A DNA stretch of 64,000 nt from Candidatus Woesearchaeota archaeon (lineage in GTDB: Archaea; Nanobdellota; Nanobdellia; SCGC-AAA011-G17; JACPNG01), in contig JACPNG010000009.1 in assembly GCA_016185605.1 (NCBI GenBank), positions 53,838 to 117,837 of the forward strand, in the 5' to 3' direction. Shown here one piece after another: positions 20,978-30,032 of this stretch. Below the pieces are notes generated by a model. The model had not been told where the DNA came from. It saw only the letters and a program-made list of their open reading frames with translations, and ran no database searches. The position numbers and the translations under genes are program-made. Position 1 is the stretch's first letter; the number at the start of each line of letters is the position of its first letter.

Positions 20978-22105
20978 TTGAGGTTTAGAAAGATATTATT
21001 ATTAGTAATGACAATTTTTCTATTTTTTTTAATAGGCGAATTAATAACTAGAGCTTTTCTATACTTTGATAAAGAGAATTTAGAATATATACATATTGAA
21101 AAATATGATGAAATTAATAAATATCCAGACAAAGAAGTTTCTTTAATTGAAATTATAAAACTTAGCAAAAATAGAAAAATTATATATGAGCTAAGGCCTA
21201 ATGTTACTGGAGTTTATACTAAAAAAAATGTTAAAATAAACTCCAGAGGATTAAGAGACTACGAATACACTTTAGAAAAGCCAAGCAATACTTTCAGGAT
21301 TGTTGGAATTGGAGACTCTATAATGTTTGGATTAGGCATTGATTTAGAAGATACATTTCTAAAAGTTTTGGAAAGAAAGCTTAATGAAAATTCAAACTCT
21401 ATTAAGTATGAGGTAGTTAATTTTGCAGTTCCAGGTTATAACACAGTTATGGAGGTTGAGACATTGAAAGAAAAAGCTATAAAATATAATCCAGATTTAG
21501 TTATATTAAGTTTTAGTAGTAATGATATGCATCTTCCCAATTTTATAAAAAATAAAATAAAATTTAGATTGGATAAATCTTACTTTTACGATTTTATTCT
21601 TCAGAGAATATCACATTTAAGGCAAAAAGAAGATTTAAAAGCGAGACTTATTGGCTCCCCATTTAGAGTTGATGAAAATGGCTCTTTCTACGAATATGAA
21701 AGTGAACTTTTAAATGTTCCTCCAGAGTATAAAGATTTGGTTGGATGGGATAGCATAAAAAGAGCACTTAAAGATTTAAATGATTTTACATCTAAAAAAG
21801 ATATAAAAGTTATTGTTCTTTTAGATTACAGCGACAATGAAATTATTGAACCATATATAAGGAATAATGATTATTATGGCTATTCAGAAAAAGTAACGTA
21901 TAATCAAGAAGTTAAAAAACATGCAAAGGGGTATAAATTTTATTGGTTGGATCCTTTTTTTGGATTCTCCGAGTATATGAATAAAAATAATGCTACATTT
22001 TCTGATTTGATAGTATCAGAAATAGATCACCCGAATGAGAGATTTAATCAAATTATAGGAAACCAATTATTCAATTTTTTAGTAGAAAATAATCTTGTTG
22101 GTTAA
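20978..22105 (+). CDS. Membrane-anchored SGNH/GDSL hydrolase or acyltransferase
   Basis: INSRGLRD, GDSIMFG, NFAVPGYN, ND and DHPN blocks; N-terminal TM; TTG start. Confidence 0.88.
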   Translation: MRFRKILLLVMTIFLFFLIGELITRAFLYFDKENLEYIHIEKYDEINKYPDKEVSLIEIIKLSKNRKIIYELRPNVTGVYTKKNVKINSRGLRDYEYTLEKPSNTFRIVGIGDSIMFGLGIDLEDTFLKVLERKLNENSNSIKYEVVNFAVPGYNTVMEVETLKEKAIKYNPDLVILSFSSNDMHLPNFIKNKIKFRLDKSYFYDFILQRISHLRQKEDLKARLIGSPFRVDENGSFYEYESELLNVPPEYKDLVGWDSIKRALKDLNDFTSKKDIKVIVLLDYSDNEIIEPYIRNNDYYGYSEKVTYNQEVKKHAKGYKFYWLDPFFGFSEYMNKNNATFSDLIVSEIDHPNERFNQIIGNQLFNFLVENNLVG

Positions 22106-22190
22106 TATCATATATCGAAAGAAAAAATTTATTAGAAAGATATCAATGAATCAACATTAATTATTTAAACTATTGATATTAATTTAGTTT

Positions 22191-22952
22191 ATGTTCACCA
22201 AACAGGAGATTAATCTAATAAAAGAGTTAACACTAAATGAGCTTAAACTTAAATATAGAAATTCTTTTCTTGGTTTTTCATGGTCTTTTTTAAAGCCATT
22301 ATCTATGTTAATGATACTATACCTAGTTTTTAAGGTTTTTATTAAAATAGATGTCAATAATTATGCTTTGGTTTTGTTATTAGGAATATTAATATGGAAT
22401 TTCTTTGCAGAAAGTACATCTTTTGGTTTAAGTTCTATAAATTCAAAAGCCAGTATAGTTAAAAAGATTAATTTCAAATATGAGATATTGATTATAAGTA
22501 ACTGTTTAACTTCTTTTTTATCTTTTTTATTAAATTTTTTGGTCTTTATTATAATCCTACTATTTGCCAAAGGCATGCCATCATTATTAAGTATTTATAT
22601 TATAATTCCAATAATAGAGATATTCCTAATATCTTTAGGCTTATCTTTTATTCTGTCAATTCTTTTTATAAGATATAAAGACATAATACATATTTGGGAT
22701 ATTTTTTTACAAATAGGTTTTTGGATAAGTCCAATAGCCTATCCAATAGACCTTATTCCTTTAGAGTATAAAAAAGCTTATATGTTAAATCCATTAGCTA
22801 ATATTATAACTGCCTCAAGAGATGTAATATTAAATAATAGACCCCCTTCATTAAGTTTGATATTTACAAGTTTGATAACAACATTAGTCATTTTGGTATT
22901 TGGTTATTTGATTTATAGATATAATCATAAGAATATAGGGGAGTATTTATGA
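22191..22952 (+). CDS. wzm: Polysaccharide ABC exporter permease
   Basis: KYRNSFLGFSWSFLKP, SPIAYP, LNPL; six TMs. Confidence 0.93.
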   Translation: MFTKQEINLIKELTLNELKLKYRNSFLGFSWSFLKPLSMLMILYLVFKVFIKIDVNNYALVLLLGILIWNFFAESTSFGLSSINSKASIVKKINFKYEILIISNCLTSFLSFLLNFLVFIIILLFAKGMPSLLSIYIIIPIIEIFLISLGLSFILSILFIRYKDIIHIWDIFLQIGFWISPIAYPIDLIPLEYKKAYMLNPLANIITASRDVILNNRPPSLSLIFTSLITTLVILVFGYLIYRYNHKNIGEYL

Positions 22953-24187
22953 TAGAAGTAAAAAATTTGAGTAAATCATTTAGAATACAAAATGAAAAAA
23001 CGGATACTTTATTTGACGTAATAAAAAATATAAGAATGTCAAAAAACTATACCAATATCTGGGCTCTAAAAAATATAAACTTTAATGTGAAAAGGGGCGA
23101 ATTTATAGGAATAATAGGAGAGAATGGCTCTGGAAAAACAACTTTATTAAAAATAATAGCCAAAGTATTAAATCCTACAAAGGGTTATGTAAAAACAGAA
23201 GGCAGAATAGTACCGTTTTTAGAGCTTGGTCTAGGTTTCCATGATGAGTTAACCGGCAGAGAAAATGTTTACTTATATAGCCAAATAATGGGTTTAGACA
23301 AAAAAGAAGTAAACGAAAAAATAGAAGATATAATAAGATTCTCAGGAATAAAAAATTTCATTGATGCTAAATTAAATACTTATTCTTCTGGAATGAAAGT
23401 AAGATTAGCATTTTCTACAGCTATCCAAACTAATCCAGATATAATTTTAGTAGACGAGGTTTTAGCTGTAGGAGATATGAAATTCCAACAAAAATGTTTT
23501 GATATCTTCAGAAAATTTAAAGAAGATAAAAAAACTGTTTTATATGTGTCTCATGATATGAGTTCCATAAAAAAATTTTGTGATAGAGTTATACTATTAA
23601 ATAAAGGGAGACAAATAATAATAGATGAGCCAGAATATGTAACTGATAAATATTTCTATAGTATGATAAGAGATAATGAAAAAAATAGAATAGAATTTAG
23701 AACGGAAGCCAATAAGCCTGACTTTAGACGCATTGAAGATTTGAAAAAAACAGTTAATATTAGGTGGGGCACAAAAGAGATTGAGATTACTAAAGTAGAA
23801 CTATTTAATAAATTTAATAAAAAGAGCAATATGTTTGTTAGTGGCGATCCTTTAAAAATAAGGATACATTATAAAAAGAATGAAGAAATTAAAAACCCCG
23901 TATTTGGCATAGGAATTTTTTATGAAAACGGAAAACATTGCTTTGGCACAAATACACAAGTAGAAAAATATAAGATAAACAAAATTAATGAAAGAGGATA
24001 CATTGATTTTTTTATAAGAAAGATTATTATGTGGGAAGGAAATTTTTATTTGAATGTTATGGTACACGACGATAAACACTATCACTATGATTGGCATAAT
24101 AAAACATATATGTTTAAAGTAGTAAAACTTAATAATTATGATCAAGGTCTATTTAATTTAAATTGCAAATGGAAGATTTCAAAATAA
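22949..24187 (+). CDS. wzt: Polysaccharide ABC exporter ATPase with C-terminal carbohydrate-binding (Wzt_C) domain
   Basis: GENGSGKT, YSSGMKVRLAF, DEVLAVGD; C-terminal RWGT...I..V.L domain. Confidence 0.94.
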   Translation: MIEVKNLSKSFRIQNEKTDTLFDVIKNIRMSKNYTNIWALKNINFNVKRGEFIGIIGENGSGKTTLLKIIAKVLNPTKGYVKTEGRIVPFLELGLGFHDELTGRENVYLYSQIMGLDKKEVNEKIEDIIRFSGIKNFIDAKLNTYSSGMKVRLAFSTAIQTNPDIILVDEVLAVGDMKFQQKCFDIFRKFKEDKKTVLYVSHDMSSIKKFCDRVILLNKGRQIIIDEPEYVTDKYFYSMIRDNEKNRIEFRTEANKPDFRRIEDLKKTVNIRWGTKEIEITKVELFNKFNKKSNMFVSGDPLKIRIHYKKNEEIKNPVFGIGIFYENGKHCFGTNTQVEKYKINKINERGYIDFFIRKIIMWEGNFYLNVMVHDDKHYHYDWHNKTYMFKVVKLNNYDQGLFNLNCKWKISK

Positions 24188-25122
24188 GAGGTCCATATTG
24201 GTTAGTCTATTTTCCAACAGACTCATGTAATTATAAGTGTAAACATTGCTATTTAGAAAATATTCCGGAAAAAGATGAAATGGATTATGAAGAAGTGATG
24301 AGGATATTTTCTAATTCTAGTCTATTAAAAAATACAAGAATTGGGATTTCTGGCGGAGAGCCATTTACAAAAAGGGACATAGTAGATATATTAACTGGCT
24401 TATCTAAAATGGGATATAAATTAGAGATTACAACAAACGGGGCATTTCCAGAAAAGATAGGGGATTTTCTGATGAATTCAAATACAACCAAAGTTGACAT
24501 TGCGATTTCTATAGATGGTTTAAAGGACATTAATGATGAGATAAGAACTAAAGGGGGATTTAATAAAGCAATTGAAAGTATTAAAATTATAAAAGATATT
24601 GGAGTAAATCTATTACAAGTCAATACAGTAATTCAAAAATTAAATATTAACCAGTTAGAAGAGATAAAACAATATTTTTCTTCATTTGTAGACCATCATT
24701 TCTTTATACCATTATTAAGTACAAGAAATAATAGAGTTGATTATACAGACAAAGAAATTGAAAAGATCTTAGAATATATGCATTATAAATTTGACATTAA
24801 ATATTTAATAACAAAGGGGGAATTTAGGATTAAAGATTGTCATTCAGGCCAAACAACTTGTTTTATAGATCCTACTGGAAAAGTGTTTACATGCATGACT
24901 GGGCAAAGATATTTTTTTCCAAGAAAAAATTATTTCATGGGAGATTTAAGAAAAATTAATTATAGTTTTGACGATTTATGGATATCTAAGCAGGCAGAAA
25001 TTGCCAGAAAAGATGTTAAAAAATGCGAGGGATGCTATAATGCCTGTGAAGTTCATAGAGAAAAATCCTGGCATGGATTAGATGATAATATAGATTGGGA
25101 GATTATTTCAAAAAAATGGTAG
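24169..25122 (+). CDS. Radical SAM protein with SPASM/twitch domain
   Basis: CNYKCKHC, SGGEP, C-terminal C...G.V..C...CEGC...C. ATG at 24169 preferred over the track's TTG. Confidence 0.9.
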   Translation: MEDFKIRGPYWLVYFPTDSCNYKCKHCYLENIPEKDEMDYEEVMRIFSNSSLLKNTRIGISGGEPFTKRDIVDILTGLSKMGYKLEITTNGAFPEKIGDFLMNSNTTKVDIAISIDGLKDINDEIRTKGGFNKAIESIKIIKDIGVNLLQVNTVIQKLNINQLEEIKQYFSSFVDHHFFIPLLSTRNNRVDYTDKEIEKILEYMHYKFDIKYLITKGEFRIKDCHSGQTTCFIDPTGKVFTCMTGQRYFFPRKNYFMGDLRKINYSFDDLWISKQAEIARKDVKKCEGCYNACEVHREKSWHGLDDNIDWEIISKKW

Positions 25123-25661
25123 ATTTATTTAAAGTAAATAACGTTAATATAAATTTTAAAGAAATAGAGTTAGAGATAAACAAAAGAGTAAATGAGGGGG
25201 GAAAAAGATTTGATGATTATGATAATGATATACAAGATTTTGAAATTGAAAAAATAGAAGTTTCTGATAATTTAGTTAACCATTGTAATATAAAAATTCC
25301 TAGAGAGATAACTTCCCATAGACCGGTTATAGGCAATACGCTAATAAAAATAAGGCAGATACTAGATGATGAGATAAGAAGGTCTTTAGATCCTATGGTA
25401 AATAGACAGATAGAAATCAATATGAATATAGTTAATAGGTTAAATAAAATAGAAAGAATAACAGAAGAGAATGAGATAAGAACTAAGGGATTAAATAAAA
25501 CACTAGATAGAGTAGAAAGAATAACAGAAGAGAATGAGATAAGAACTAAAAGGCTAGAAAAAGTATTTGATGAGATAATTAATCAAACAAACTCTAATAT
25601 AAAAGAGATTTTTAAACTAAATCGAAAGTTAAAGGAAAAAAAATGGAAATTAGCCAGATAA
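25116..25661 (+). CDS. Coiled-coil protein resembling the non-catalytic part of ABC-dependent glycan chain-terminator/ruler proteins
   Basis: ITSHRPVIG...RQIEIN motif followed by heptad repeats with duplicated ERITEENEIRTK. ATG at 25116 preferred over the track's TTG at 25095. Confidence 0.6.
   Translation: MVDLFKVNNVNINFKEIELEINKRVNEGGKRFDDYDNDIQDFEIEKIEVSDNLVNHCNIKIPREITSHRPVIGNTLIKIRQILDDEIRRSLDPMVNRQIEINMNIVNRLNKIERITEENEIRTKGLNKTLDRVERITEENEIRTKRLEKVFDEIINQTNSNIKEIFKLNRKLKEKKWKLAR
25450..25549 (+). repeat. 37-bp exact direct repeat with 63-bp period
   Basis: TAGAAAGAATAACAGAAGAGAATGAGATAAGAACTAA at 25450-25486 and 25513-25549. Confidence 0.95.
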
Positions 25662-27706
25662 CAGCGTCTATAACTAGAGATGGAGATTCGATAAGCAATT
25701 ATTTATTAGAGATAAGAAATCTTTTAATTGAACAGGGATTTGAATCTTACATCTATGTTGAAAATAAAGACTTCTTCTCCTATTTTATAAAAGATTATAG
25801 GGATTGTAAACCAAAAAAAGACGATATAATAATATTACATGCCACGATTGGTAGTAATATAACAACTTTTTTCAAGAATTTAAGATGTAAAAAGATAATG
25901 ATATATCATAATCATACTCCGGCAGAGTTTTTTAGAGATATAAATAATGAAAACTTTAGATTGCTTAATAGTTATAATGAAGATCTTAAATCACTAATTA
26001 ATCATGTGGATTATGTTATAAGTGACTCTGAATTTAATAAACAAGATTTGGAGAAAATAGGCTTTAAAGACATAAAAGTCAGTCCAATATTCATTAATTT
26101 TAACAGATTCAATGATATGAATAATTATATTTTTAATAAGTTCAATGATAATTATATTAATATAATTCATGTTGGTAGGATAATACCCAATAAAAAAATA
26201 GAGGACATTATAAAGATATTTTATTATTATAAAAATTTTATAAATTCTAAATCTAGATTATTCTTAATTGGAAGTATTTCCAGTGATGCTAAAAGATACT
26301 ATAATGCATTAACAAAATATATAAATAAACTGAATTTAAAGGATGTTTATTTTTTAGGCAATATTAACAATAAAGATTTAACAGCGTACTACAAACTGTC
26401 AAATATATTTTTACATATGAGCGAACATGAGGGCATGGGTTTACCGTTAATAGAAGCGATGTATTTTAATATACCAATAATAGCTTTTAATTCCACCGCT
26501 ATACCCTATACATTAGGCGATTCAGGAATATTAATAAATTATAAATATCATAAAAAAATAGCTGAATTAGTTAATATTATATTAAATAATATGGGGCTTA
26601 AAGATAAGATAATAAAGATTCAAAGAGATAGATTAAAATTCTTTGATACTGAAAATTTAAAAGAACAATTTTTGCAACATATAATAAATGTAAAGAATTT
26701 AGATTTGCCTTATGATAATAATATAATAGATTATTCAGAAAATTCTAAAGATAATAAATTAAACATAGTTAATAAGTTTGGAGATATTATAAAAAACTTA
26801 AGAAAAAAAGATGAAAATAAAACAAATTATGATAGTTATAATTTTATATTTAATCATCCGGAGTCTATAACAGAAATAAAAATTCTTTATATACAACCTA
26901 AAGGCGTTGGCGATATTATAATGTCTACTCCAATATTAAGGGCTTTAAAAAAGAGATATCCTTATGCACTTATAGATTTTGTAGCTGATAAATACTGTAA
27001 AGATGTAATAATAAATAATCCAAATATTAGAAATGTTTATTCTTTTGATAAACTTCCTAATTTACAAGAATATATACTGGTGCTTAGGCCATATCTAAAA
27101 ACACAGTATATGTTAAATTGGCAAGATACTGGAATACATATAGTTGATTTATATGCTTCTTTATGTGGAGTTAAGTTAGATAGTTACAAAACTGAGATAT
27201 CTCCACTACAAGTAGATTTACAAGAATATGGTATAGATGAAAAAGAAGATTATATTTGTTTACATACACAAAGTTCACTAAAGTATAAAGATTGGTCTTA
27301 TTTTAAAGAGTTGATAAAGAAATTAAAAGATGAATTTAATATTGTAGTAATAGATGAACAACAACATAATTATAAATATACAATACAATTGCCACAAAAT
27401 ATAAAATTAAGAGAAAAAGCCTATATTATTAGTAAAAGCAAAATGTTAATAGGTATAGACTCTATGGGAATACATATGGCCTGTGCATTTGACATTCCGA
27501 CAATTGCTTTATATGGAAATACTCTTCCAGAATTATGTAAACCTTTATCTAATAAAAATCTTATAACAATAGAACCTAAAAAAAGATGTATAGAGGGTTG
27601 GCATCATTTTTGTAAAGAAGATAATTATTGCATAAATAGTATAAGTGTAGATAATGTATTAGAAAAAGTAGATTTTATTTTAAAAAAGAATCAATTAGTA
27701 GCGTAA
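25643..27706 (+). CDS. Bifunctional GT4 + GT9 (heptosyltransferase-like) glycosyltransferase
   Basis: GT4: YHNHTP, VGRIIPNK, HEGMGLPLIEAM. GT9: GVGDIIMSTP, KDW, GIDSMGIHMA...TIALYG. Confidence 0.88.
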   Translation: MEISQITASITRDGDSISNYLLEIRNLLIEQGFESYIYVENKDFFSYFIKDYRDCKPKKDDIIILHATIGSNITTFFKNLRCKKIMIYHNHTPAEFFRDINNENFRLLNSYNEDLKSLINHVDYVISDSEFNKQDLEKIGFKDIKVSPIFINFNRFNDMNNYIFNKFNDNYINIIHVGRIIPNKKIEDIIKIFYYYKNFINSKSRLFLIGSISSDAKRYYNALTKYINKLNLKDVYFLGNINNKDLTAYYKLSNIFLHMSEHEGMGLPLIEAMYFNIPIIAFNSTAIPYTLGDSGILINYKYHKKIAELVNIILNNMGLKDKIIKIQRDRLKFFDTENLKEQFLQHIINVKNLDLPYDNNIIDYSENSKDNKLNIVNKFGDIIKNLRKKDENKTNYDSYNFIFNHPESITEIKILYIQPKGVGDIIMSTPILRALKKRYPYALIDFVADKYCKDVIINNPNIRNVYSFDKLPNLQEYILVLRPYLKTQYMLNWQDTGIHIVDLYASLCGVKLDSYKTEISPLQVDLQEYGIDEKEDYICLHTQSSLKYKDWSYFKELIKKLKDEFNIVVIDEQQHNYKYTIQLPQNIKLREKAYIISKSKMLIGIDSMGIHMACAFDIPTIALYGNTLPELCKPLSNKNLITIEPKKRCIEGWHHFCKEDNYCINSISVDNVLEKVDFILKKNQLVA

Positions 27707-28190
27707 CGCTCTAAGATCCTTTCAATTATTCTTGTAGTAGAAAATCCTTTTTCTACTTCGAATGTTTTATACTTGCCTCCTAATCCTTCTATAAGTTCTC
27801 TCTCATCTTTCATTCTTTTCTCATCATAAGTTCCGCCTTTTATATGTATATCTGGCTTTATTCTCCTTAAGTAATCAAGAGGGTCATCTCCATAAAAAAT
27901 TACAACATAATCAACATATCTTAAATAAGTTAGAACTTTAGCCTTCTCTTGTTGTTCAATAATAGGTCTTTTTTCTCCCCCTTATTTCGCCTAATAGAAT
28001 CATCACTATTAACTAAAACAATCAGAATATCTCCTTCACTTTTAGCCTTTGAAAGAAGATTTACATGTGCTGAGTGTAATATGTCAAAACTTCCGTTAGT
28101 AGTAACAACTATTTTTTGTTCTAATTTTAAATTTCTAGAAATTTGCTCCATTTCTTCAATTGTTTTAATTCTATCTTGTATAGCTTCCAT
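27691..28190 (-). pseudogene. RfaE/HldE domain II-type nucleotidyltransferase, frameshifted
   Basis: [12 protein letters not shown]...[14 protein letters not shown], then after a -1 shift at the A6 run (27969-27974) [13 protein letters not shown]...IKPDIHIKGGTY...GFSTTRII, ending at a stop at 27691. Confidence 0.85.
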
Positions 28191-28965
28191 ACTCTTTTCT
28201 TTCTATTACCTCATCTGTATAATAATCATTTAATTGAATATTCCAACTTACTTTTGATTCTATAAATGCAATATCACTAATCTTTAAAGGTTCTGAAAAT
28301 AAAATTCCATTTCTTATATCTTGGTTTACTTCTTTAAGAAATTCTATATAATTTTTGAAATTTTTATTTAATTCTATAAGATTATAGAATCTCATAAAAG
28401 TAGTGTGTATAGTTTTTGGAATATCCGGTTTTCCATCTCTTTTATCAAAATAAAAATTCTCATTTGAGAGTAGCCCTTGAGATATTTGACTACGTATATT
28501 AAAAATCTCCCCTTCATTATCTAATGGTTCATAAGTCATAATTCCCAGAGGAGATAGCACTCTTACTTTTAATGAGAATGAACTAAAATTAATTGATCTA
28601 AAAACTTCTAAATATTCTTTATAATATTGAAATTTATTCTTATCTGGTTTATAATAAAAACCATCTTTTAAACTACTATTTCTAATAATTACACATAAAG
28701 AGATATGTGTCTTATCATTTCCATAAATGAATTGGCTAGGTAGAATTTTTCTGAGTTCATAAATTAAAACATTAAAATCTTTTTGTAAACTATGTGTTCT
28801 AAATAATGGAATCCCAGCAACGATACTAATCCCAAACGGGGTTACTTTGTGATCTATAGATTTAGCAATATCTGGTGTAAATCTCCATAAGCGTCTCTCT
28901 TCCTCACTAATTCTTTTTCTATAATCAGATACTAAATTTGAATGTATTAATCTTTCCAAACTCAT
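28171..28965 (-). CDS. Hypothetical protein, candidate 2H phosphoesterase
   Basis: Two Hx(S/T)-hydrophobic motifs, THISL and IHTTF, about 100 aa apart. Confidence 0.5.
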   Translation of the reverse strand: MSLERLIHSNLVSDYRKRISEEERRLWRFTPDIAKSIDHKVTPFGISIVAGIPLFRTHSLQKDFNVLIYELRKILPSQFIYGNDKTHISLCVIIRNSSLKDGFYYKPDKNKFQYYKEYLEVFRSINFSSFSLKVRVLSPLGIMTYEPLDNEGEIFNIRSQISQGLLSNENFYFDKRDGKPDIPKTIHTTFMRFYNLIELNKNFKNYIEFLKEVNQDIRNGILFSEPLKISDIAFIESKVSWNIQLNDYYTDEVIERKEYGSYTR

Positions 28966-29047
28966 CTTAATTAAGGTATATATTTATCTATCATTAAATT
29001 TAAATAGTTAATAAGAAAAAATATTTAAAAGCTTATCGGTGGATTTT

Positions 29048-30032
29048 ATGGAGGATATACTAAATAAGGTATTAAGTAATGATGAAATAGCTAAAAAATC
29101 TAGAGGATTAAAAAAACAAGGGAAAATCATAGTAATGGCTAATGGAAGTTTTGACCTTCTTCATATAGGTCATATAGATCTTTTAAGGCAAGCAAAAAGA
29201 AAAGGTGATATTCTTATTATTGCCATAAATAGTGATTTATCTATAAGAACTTATAAAGGGAATGATAGACCAATTATACCTGAAAAAGAGAGGGCACTTA
29301 TGCTAGCCTCTCTATTCTTTGTTGATCATGTTACTATATTTAATGAAAGTAAAGCATTAAATATTATAGAAAAGATTAAACCTGATATTTTAGTCAAGGG
29401 GATAAGGCCTGATCCAGAAAGATTAGAAGAAGAAAAAAGAATTAGTTAATTTATTTGGAGGCAAAATAGAATATGTCAAAGAATCTATTAGTAGATCTAC
29501 TAGTGATATAATCGAAGATATTAGGGGACAAAAATCTCGTTCTGAAGATGATAGGATTTATGATAAAATGCCAGAGGTGTCAATAAAAATATTAAGTAAT
29601 GATGAAATAGCTAAAAAATCTAGAGGATTAAAAAAACAAGGGAAAAAAGTTATAATGGTAAACGGCGTATTTGATATGCTCCATATAGGGCATATTGGTT
29701 TTTTGAGAAAAGCAAAAGAAAAAGGGGATGTTTTATTTGTGGCTGTTAATAGCAATCAATCTGTTAAATCTTACAAAGGGGAGAATAAACCAATTATACC
29801 TGAAAAAGAGAGGGTACTTATGCTAGCCTCTCTATTCTTTGTTGATCATGTTACTATATTTAATGAAAGTAAAGCATTAAATATTATAGAAAAGATTAAA
29901 CCTGATATTTTAGTCAAGGGGATAAGGCCTGATCCAGAAAGATTAGAAGAAGAAAATGTAACAACATCTAGTGGACAAATTATAGATAAAATAAGGGGTG
30001 TCAGTAGTGAGGGTATTAATAATAGTCAATGA
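29048..30032 (+). pseudogene. Tandem two-domain RfaE/HldE-II (cytidylyltransferase-like) gene split by one extra A
   Basis: Both halves carry NG.FD.LHIGH. Removing one A at 29433-29438 gives an open frame ELVNLFGGKIEYVKESISRSTSDIIEDIRGQKSRSEDDRIYDK that runs into ORF 29568. Confidence 0.8.
29070..29956 (+). repeat. Patchy 520-bp-offset direct duplication
   Basis: 29070-29126 is identical to 29590-29646; 29269-29436 matches 29789-29956 with one mismatch; the intervening part is clearly diverged. Confidence 0.9.

Noticed and set aside
25450-25549. CRISPR array (37-bp repeat with 26-bp spacer)
   Set aside because: Only two copies, in frame within a coiled-coil ORF, not palindromic, and no cas genes.
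27969-27974. Programmed -1 ribosomal frameshift at AAAAAAG
   Set aside because: Zero-frame codons are GAG AAA AAA GAC, so the A AAA AAG heptamer is out of phase; no stimulatory structure was noticed.
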